In this document: in pieces, positions 57,292-64,000 of the stretch
Numbering within the stretch: the first letter of the stretch is position 1
Layout: each line of letters opens with the position of its first letter
From: Candidatus Micrarchaeota archaeon
GTDB taxonomy: Archaea > Micrarchaeota > Micrarchaeia > Anstonellales > Bilamarchaeaceae
Reading direction: 5' to 3'
Assembly (NCBI GenBank): GCA_038046765.1
Contig: JBBSVN010000007.1
Coordinates: 32,001-96,000, forward strand
Length of the DNA: 64,000 nt
Translations under genes and position numbers: made by a program
Notes under the pieces: model-generated
Database searches by the model: none
What the model was told of the DNA's origin: nothing
The model's input: only the letters and a program-made list of their open reading frames with translations

Positions 57292-58062
57292 ATGCTTAAA
57301 AAACGATTAATCCCTTGTTTACTTATAAAAAATAAGCGCTGCGTTAAAGGTGTAAATTTCGATAATTTTATTGACACAGGTCACCCAGTAAATACTTCAA
57401 GAATATATGATAACCAGGGGGCTGATGAACTTATTTTACTAGATATATCTGCAACTAATGAAAATCGTGAACCTATATTCGAAATTATAAGAAGTGCAGC
57501 AGACCAGTGTTTTATGCCAATAACTGCTGGTGGGGGTATAAAATCAGTTGAAGATATTAAAAAAATGCTTCTATCAGGAGCAGATAAAGTTGCAATAAAT
57601 ACTGCTGCATTTTACAATCCAAAATTAATTGAAGATGGTGCCCGTGCATTTGGAAGTCAATGTATTATTGTTTCAATTGATTTCAAAAAAATCGATGGCA
57701 AGTACATTGTTTTTACTCATAGCGGCAAAAAATCCACTGGTGTCGAAGTTCTCGACTGGGCGAAAAAAGCCGTAAAACTTGGGGCGGGCGAACTTTTACT
57801 AACCTCAATAGACAGGGAAGGAACGCGTACGGGTTACGAATTAGAAATTATAAAAAAAGTTGCTGATGAAGTTGATGTTCCAGTTATTGCATCAGGAGGA
57901 GTTGGAAATCTCGATCACTTAGTTCAAGGTATAAACGAAGGGCATGCAAGCGCAGTTTCACTAGCAAGTATTCTACACTTTACAGATCAGAGCATAATCA
58001 AGGCTAAGGCTTATATGAAAAATGCTGGAGTTGATGTGCGGACTTTTAAGTGGTGGAAGTAA
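57292..58062 (+). CDS. HisF-like cyclase (WbuZ-type)
   Basis: KRLIPCLL, GADEL..LDI, GGGI, GAGELLLTSIDREG, IASGG; located next to wbuX-like gene. Confidence 0.9.
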   Translation: MLKKRLIPCLLIKNKRCVKGVNFDNFIDTGHPVNTSRIYDNQGADELILLDISATNENREPIFEIIRSAADQCFMPITAGGGIKSVEDIKKMLLSGADKVAINTAAFYNPKLIEDGARAFGSQCIIVSIDFKKIDGKYIVFTHSGKKSTGVEVLDWAKKAVKLGAGELLLTSIDREGTRTGYELEIIKKVADEVDVPVIASGGVGNLDHLVQGINEGHASAVSLASILHFTDQSIIKAKAYMKNAGVDVRTFKWWK

Positions 58063-58065
58063 GAT

Positions 58066-58602
58066 CTAAGTTTTGTGAATCGCCATAATTATATTGTCTG
58101 AAAGTTTTCCCTTGTGCATAACTGATTGCTTTTCTATCCTATCAATCGTAAAACTTGCTTTTTGAAAAACATGTATCGATCGCTTATTTTCAGGGAAAGC
58201 ACCTGCTTCGATCACTTCTAGACCAAGATTTGCAAATGTCCATTTAACGAATACATTTATGGCTTGCGTCCCTAGTCCCTTTCCCCAGTATTCTTTATTT
58301 CCTATTAAAATTCCCATCATCCCGATTTTCTTTTGAAAATCTATTGGTTCAATCTTTATGTTCCCAATGTGCTGATCATTTTCCTTACTAAAAATTCCTA
58401 AAAACAGGCATTTATTATTCTCGTTCTTTTCTTTTATATATTTTTCAATTTCTTCCACAGTAGTTTTTATCGTTACAAGATGTTCTGTAACTTCACTATC
58501 ATTAAGCCAAGAGCAGTATTCTATAGTTGCATCTTTTTTGGTGAGCTTTCTTAGATAAATCTGCTTGCCTTCAATTCTTAAATCATTAGGAATAACCGTC
58601 AT
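58066..58602 (-). CDS. GNAT N-acetyltransferase (RimJ/PseH-like)
   Basis: YCSWLND, HIGNI, GILIG.KEYWGKGLG, N.RSIH.F.K. Confidence 0.88.
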   Translation of the reverse strand: MTVIPNDLRIEGKQIYLRKLTKKDATIEYCSWLNDSEVTEHLVTIKTTVEEIEKYIKEKNENNKCLFLGIFSKENDQHIGNIKIEPIDFQKKIGMMGILIGNKEYWGKGLGTQAINVFVKWTFANLGLEVIEAGAFPENKRSIHVFQKASFTIDRIEKQSVMHKGKLSDNIIMAIHKT

Positions 58603-58667
58603 ATTTATGAATTTTGGCGTCAAAGTTAATATTACTATTTATCTTGATCGATTTAGAGGTCATATTT

Positions 58668-59606
58668 ATGAAATTCTTAGTTACAGGAGGAGCTGGCTTT
58701 TTAGGGCGCTGGTTAGTCAAAAAACTGCTTGATTTAAACCACACAGTTATCGCGTTAGATAATTTGTCTAATGGTAGTATCGAAAATATAAAAGAATTCG
58801 AAACAAATTCTAACTTTAAATTCATAAGTGGCGATGTCACCAAAAAAGATGAACTTGATATTGTTTTTAATTCAAATAAAATAGATATCTGCATTCATGC
58901 AGCAGCACAGATCAATGTCCAAGAATCGCTAGATCATCCAGATCGTGCGTTCAAAAGTAATATTGTTGGTACATATAATGCGCTAGAAAGCTGCAGAAAG
59001 AACAAAACTAAAATCGTTTTAATTGGAACTTGCATGGTTTACGATTTAGCTGGAGGGAAAGCTATAAATGAAGAACATCCAGTTGTTCCAAAATCCCCTT
59101 ACGCTGGAAGTAAACTAGCTGCAGAAGAATTAGCCATTTCATACTATTATGGTCTTGGCTTACCTGTTGTAATTCTTAGGCCATTTAACATTTATGGCCC
59201 ATATCAAAAAACAAACATGGAAGGCGGCGTAGTTAGCGTCTTTATTAAACGCTATTTGGATGGACAAGATTTGAACATATTTGGTGATGGAAAACAGACC
59301 CGAGACTTACTTTATGTAGAAGACTGTGCCGATTTTGTCATTGGTGCTGCATTAAATGATAAGACAACTGGTCAAACTATAAATGCCGGTACTGGAAAAG
59401 ATATTTCGGTAAATGAACTGGCTGCTTTAGTTTGTCCTGATAAAAATCGGATAAAACATATTCCTCATCATCACCCTCAAGCTGAAATTCCAAAACTTCT
59501 TTGTGATTCATCTAAAGCAAAGAATTTACTTGGCTGGGTTGCTAAAACCAGTTTACAAGAAGGAATAAAGAAAACGATGGAATGGATGAAAAATAATTCG
59601 AAGTGA
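58668..59606 (+). CDS. NAD-dependent epimerase/dehydratase
   Basis: GGAGFLG, YAGSK, RPFNIYGP, GDGKQTRD. Confidence 0.92.
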   Translation: MKFLVTGGAGFLGRWLVKKLLDLNHTVIALDNLSNGSIENIKEFETNSNFKFISGDVTKKDELDIVFNSNKIDICIHAAAQINVQESLDHPDRAFKSNIVGTYNALESCRKNKTKIVLIGTCMVYDLAGGKAINEEHPVVPKSPYAGSKLAAEELAISYYYGLGLPVVILRPFNIYGPYQKTNMEGGVVSVFIKRYLDGQDLNIFGDGKQTRDLLYVEDCADFVIGAALNDKTTGQTINAGTGKDISVNELAALVCPDKNRIKHIPHHHPQAEIPKLLCDSSKAKNLLGWVAKTSLQEGIKKTMEWMKNNSK

Positions 59607-60547
59607 TTTATTTGAAAGCATTAGTAATTGGTTTAGGTAGTATCGGAACTCGTCATGTTAAAAACTTAATGCAGCTTGGCGTAGAAGTAATCGGATTTGA
59701 ACCAAATAAAGAAATGAGGACATTGCAAGTGCAGTATATTGAGAATCTAGACGACCCTCTTTTACATGCTGATTTTGCAGTAATCTGTTCACCAACTAAT
59801 CTACATTTACCTCAAGCAATCCATTTGGCCAATAAGGGAATGCATCTGTTTATTGAAAAACCCCCTTCAAATAATCTTGAGGGATTTACTGAACTTAAAA
59901 AAATACTAAAAGAAAAAAAACTTACTGCGATGGTAGCGTGCAATTTTAGATTTAGCGATGGGTTGCAGCTAGTGAAGAAACTTGCGGATGAAGGAAAATA
60001 CGGAAAATTACTATCTGCACGTGCATACTTTGGACAGTATTTGCCAAACATGAGAAAAGGACGGGATTATCGAACATTATACGCCGCAGGTCCAGCAGGA
60101 GGAGTTGTGCTTGATTCATTTCATGAGTTTGATTATATTTACTGGTTCTTAGGGATTCCAAAAAAATTACTATCTTGGAAAGGCAGGATAAGTAAACTTG
60201 AAATACAAAAAGATGATATTGCCGAAGTGATTTTACAATATTCTGATGCTGTCGCAAATATTCATGTTGACTATTTAAGAAGAAAGTACAAACGAAGTTG
60301 TGAATTCATTTTTGAAGATGCGACGATTATTTGGGACTATAAGGCTGATGAACAAAAAGAAGTCGTTGAACTTTATGATAACGATGGAAACAAACATGTT
60401 TTACTAGATGCTGTTCTTGATGTTAATAAAATGTATCTAGAAGAAATGAAACACTTTTTAGAATGCATTCAGGCTAAGAAAAAGCCAATCCTGGGAATTG
60501 CCGAATCAGAAAAGACATTAAAGACGATTATGAAGGTGCTAAGATGA
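59603..60547 (+). CDS. Gfo/Idh/MocA oxidoreductase
   Basis: GLGSIGTRH, FIEKP, GGVVLDSFHEFD. Confidence 0.9.
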   Translation: MIYLKALVIGLGSIGTRHVKNLMQLGVEVIGFEPNKEMRTLQVQYIENLDDPLLHADFAVICSPTNLHLPQAIHLANKGMHLFIEKPPSNNLEGFTELKKILKEKKLTAMVACNFRFSDGLQLVKKLADEGKYGKLLSARAYFGQYLPNMRKGRDYRTLYAAGPAGGVVLDSFHEFDYIYWFLGIPKKLLSWKGRISKLEIQKDDIAEVILQYSDAVANIHVDYLRRKYKRSCEFIFEDATIIWDYKADEQKEVVELYDNDGNKHVLLDAVLDVNKMYLEEMKHFLECIQAKKKPILGIAESEKTLKTIMKVLR

Positions 60548-61338
60548 ATAATAAAAATATTGTTGCAGTTGTCCAAGCCAGGCTAGGTTCAACTAGGATG
60601 CCAAATAAAATCTTAATGCCAATCGATAAAGAAGGTAAGGAGTCACTACTCGAGTTCTTCATTAAACGCTTAAAGCATTCTAAAAAAATAACTAAAATCG
60701 TACTTGCAACAACAATTCAACCTAGAGATGATCTGTTGGTTGAATACGCAAAAAAGCTCGGAATTCCTTATTATCGTGGTAGCGAAGATGATGTACTTGA
60801 TAGGACATATGGTGCGGCTAAAGAAAACAAAGCAGACATTGTAATTCGTGTGACTTCTGATTGCCCATTAAATGATCCTGTAATGATTGACCAGATGGTT
60901 GAAGAATTTTTCAAAAGAAAATGCGACTATTTATGCAACAGAAAACCTCCAACATACCCCGATGGTTTTGATACTGAAATATTTACCTTTGCTGCACTAG
61001 AAAAAGCTGCCAAAGAAGCAACTTTCAAATTTGAGCGTGAGCACGTTACTCCTTATATTTCTGAACATACTGAAATTTTTAAGGTTGAAAATGTTGTTTA
61101 TAAATTCGATCGATCTTATGTTCGGCTTACTGTTGATTACACTGAGGATTACGAATTAATTAAACAAGTTTACACTGCACTCTATCCTAAAAACCCTAAT
61201 TTTACTCTTGATGATATTGTTGAATATCTAGATGCCCATAAAGAGTTACTTAATTTAAATGATAAATACGTGCGGGATGCAGCTTATCATAAACAAAAGG
61301 ATGAAGAATTGAAGAAAGCGAAGGAAGTAAAGAAATAA
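60544..61338 (+). CDS. Cytidylyltransferase (SpsF/NeuA-like)
   Basis: VQARLGSTRMPNK, RGSEDDVLDR, RVTSDCP, REHVT, RLTVDY.ED. Confidence 0.9.
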   Translation: MNNKNIVAVVQARLGSTRMPNKILMPIDKEGKESLLEFFIKRLKHSKKITKIVLATTIQPRDDLLVEYAKKLGIPYYRGSEDDVLDRTYGAAKENKADIVIRVTSDCPLNDPVMIDQMVEEFFKRKCDYLCNRKPPTYPDGFDTEIFTFAALEKAAKEATFKFEREHVTPYISEHTEIFKVENVVYKFDRSYVRLTVDYTEDYELIKQVYTALYPKNPNFTLDDIVEYLDAHKELLNLNDKYVRDAAYHKQKDEELKKAKEVKK

Positions 61339-61359
61339 AATAAATTCTCTTATCTATTT

Positions 61360-63165
61360 CTACCCTCTTTTACTAATCAGCGTCTTCTCAATTAAAAGCA
61401 TATCTAAGTCAGAGTTTTCAAACACAAATAAAGCATCTTCTGGACTTCTGACAATCGGCTTTCCATGTAAATTAAATGAAGTATTAAGTACTGCACCAAT
61501 TCCCTTATTTTTGCCCCCAGTTACCTTTTCAAATTCACTAATTAAATCATGATAACTTGGATTCATCTCCTTAGTTACCATCTGCGGTCTTCCCGTATAA
61601 TCTGCTGGGTGTAATCCTGCTGGTAAGTGGGTTCTTGCTAGTTCTGTTGATTCAAAAGAGATTGTCATGTATGGTGAAAAAATTTCCTTTGGATTTACGA
61701 AATAATCCTTTGTTCTTTCATGTAAAATTGATGGTGCAAATGGCATCCAGAAATCCCTGTTCTTTATTTTTTCATTTATTTTTTTAATTACTTTAGCATC
61801 TCTTGGATCAGCTAAAATACTTCTGTTTCCTAAAGAACGCGCACCAAATTCCATTCTTCCAACGCATCTTGCGATTACATTTCCTTCGCTTAGTTTTTTA
61901 GCAACTATTACATTCGAAACGTTTTCTGTTACAGTGTATCTATTTTTCAAGTTGTTATCATTGACAAATTTATCTACATAATCCTGTGAAAAAGAATCTC
62001 CTAAATACATGTTTGGTAAAGGTTTCATTTCGATTGGCTTGTCTTTGGCGTTTAAGTGATCGTACATTGCAGCATAGCACGCGCCAATTGCGAGTGATTC
62101 ATCGCTTGCGCTTCCGCAGACAAATAATTTGTGAACCTCGGGCATTTCAAAAACTCTTTGCATGGCCTTAATGTTCATGGCAACTCCGCCGCTAAATACT
62201 ACGTCATGGATGTTGTACTCTTTAATTGCATTTGCTAGCCAAGTTGTAATCAGCTCTTCAGTGTACTTTTGCAAAGCTCCTGCTACCCCATCAAATCTCA
62301 TTCCTTCTAGTCTTTTTTGGAAGTAGAAATACATATCTGTTGGTTTTTCGTGGTATTTGAAATTTAGTCCATCGATATATTGTGTACTTTTAAATACTTG
62401 GTATGGTTTTTCCATTGTTTTAGCGTGTGCGTAAGCTGCTAAACCCATAACTTTGTATTCATGTTCATTTGGCATCATTCCTAAAAGAAGGGTTACATAT
62501 CGGTAAAGTCTTGCGATCATCGAATCGTTCGAGCTAAAAACCCGTTCCACTTTATTGTTTACAACTTTGCTTATTGTCGCATTTAAGTTGTCTCCCCAAG
62601 CGTCAAGAGTTACCATTAAGGTTGGTTTATTTCGCATCGGACTAGCGTAATAACCATAATATCCATGGCATGTATGGTGATCTAAGAAAACTACTTTTTC
62701 TTTATTTATCCCTAAAAGTTCGACAAGAGTTTGTACTATAAATTCCTTATAAGCAGGCCAAGACTCTGGTGTGTTATAAGGAAGTTTGTCCCATCCTTTA
62801 AATGGATACTGGTTATAATCTATTTTGTCCTTGAAAACTTCAGTCCATTTGACATCTTTTTTCTCATACATTTTTGGGTACCAATAAACATGTTGCTCCC
62901 TTACGCAGTCCTGAATGTTAAAATGCGAAAATTTTTTAGTTAATTGATATTCAGCAGGCCATTCCTTTGCTCCCATGGCGACTATATCCAAGTCTTTACC
63001 TTGTATTCCAGCTTCCTTGAGGCAGGATTCGATTGCATTTTTAGGAAATGCCATGTCATTTTTATATCTTGTGAATCTTTCTTCGCTAACGCAGGCGATA
63101 ACTTCGCCATCAATCATAATTGCAGCAGTTGTTAGTTGTCCTAAACTTAAACCAAGAATCTTCAT
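61360..63165 (-). CDS. Carbamoyltransferase (NodU/CmcH family), second paralogue
   Basis: Reverse complement from 63165 reads ATGAAGATTCTTGGT (MKILG), preceded by GGTGA; EERF, HHTCH, EYKVMGLA, GARSLGNRS, NTSFNLHG. The ORF track's '+' label is wrong. Confidence 0.95.
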   Translation of the reverse strand: MKILGLSLGQLTTAAIMIDGEVIACVSEERFTRYKNDMAFPKNAIESCLKEAGIQGKDLDIVAMGAKEWPAEYQLTKKFSHFNIQDCVREQHVYWYPKMYEKKDVKWTEVFKDKIDYNQYPFKGWDKLPYNTPESWPAYKEFIVQTLVELLGINKEKVVFLDHHTCHGYYGYYASPMRNKPTLMVTLDAWGDNLNATISKVVNNKVERVFSSNDSMIARLYRYVTLLLGMMPNEHEYKVMGLAAYAHAKTMEKPYQVFKSTQYIDGLNFKYHEKPTDMYFYFQKRLEGMRFDGVAGALQKYTEELITTWLANAIKEYNIHDVVFSGGVAMNIKAMQRVFEMPEVHKLFVCGSASDESLAIGACYAAMYDHLNAKDKPIEMKPLPNMYLGDSFSQDYVDKFVNDNNLKNRYTVTENVSNVIVAKKLSEGNVIARCVGRMEFGARSLGNRSILADPRDAKVIKKINEKIKNRDFWMPFAPSILHERTKDYFVNPKEIFSPYMTISFESTELARTHLPAGLHPADYTGRPQMVTKEMNPSYHDLISEFEKVTGGKNKGIGAVLNTSFNLHGKPIVRSPEDALFVFENSDLDMLLIEKTLISKRG

Positions 63166-63224
63166 TTTATCACCATAAAATGAAAAGATAGAGAACGCTT
63201 AACTGCTGTTCTCTGGATTTTCAT
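63159..63224 (-). promoter_or_regulatory. Conserved structured 5' leader, copy 2 (candidate translational switch)
   Basis: Minus strand ATGAAAA-TCC-AGAGAAC-A-GC-AGTTAA-GC-GTTCTCT-ATC-TTTTCAT-TTTATGGTGATAAAATG; compensatory changes relative to copy 1. Confidence 0.65.
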
Positions 63225-63372
63225 GTTTTCACTTCGCCTTAGAATATGTATCTTTACTATTGATGGAAAACCTATTTAACCGTTATCTTGTGCTTTGCCC
63301 AGTAATCCCAAAAGTAAATTAATGTACTGGAGAAACATCCGACTTGCTGGCATCGCCATTAGATACTTTTAG

Positions 63373-64000
<628 letters not shown>

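Noticed and set aside
56655..58062. hisH/hisF as histidine biosynthesis genes
   Set aside because: They directly follow a WbuX-family gene within a glycan cluster and no other his genes are present, which fits WbuY/WbuZ paralogues.
61360..63165. ORF track lists the 601-aa carbamoyltransferase on the + strand
   Set aside because: The given protein is the reverse-complement translation (ATG at 63165, GGTGA SD upstream on the minus strand, TAG at 61360-61362). The label is wrong, and nothing suggests an inversion.

Overview
AT-rich archaeal genomic window. GGTGA Shine-Dalgarno motifs, eL39/eL31/eS19/eL20, aIF6, fibrillarin, BHB-intron tRNA and class III signal peptides all point to an archaeon; a DPANN/Micrarchaeota-like origin is inferred, not proven. 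Bases 1-9.7 kb hold an Lrp regulator, a stand-alone ThrRS editing domain, the conserved S19e-PDCD5-L39e-L31e-aIF6-LX-prefoldin-FtsY operon, fibrillarin, tRNA-Arg(TCT) with two non-canonical introns, and a rhomboid. Bases 9.8-64 kb are mostly a large surface-glycosylation region: intein-containing UDP-glucose dehydrogenase, UDP-xylose synthase, many SDR epimerases and GT4s, a GT-C transferase, flippase, phosphohexomutase, two carbamoyltransferases, CarA, AsnB, WbuXYZ-like amidino genes and nonulosonate-type genes. It is interrupted by a KaiC-linked type IV pilus locus (25.8-34.9 kb), toxin-antitoxin genes and remnants, and orphan genes with deamidase-, zincin- or pentapeptide-like motifs. The most unusual signal is a ~65-nt leader found twice (17358-17423 +, 63159-63224 -). 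Its hairpin shows compensatory changes between the copies and can alternatively refold to sequester the SD and start codon, making it a candidate undescribed cis-regulatory RNA switch for glycan genes. The ORF track labels 61360..63165 as '+', but the protein is encoded on the minus strand.
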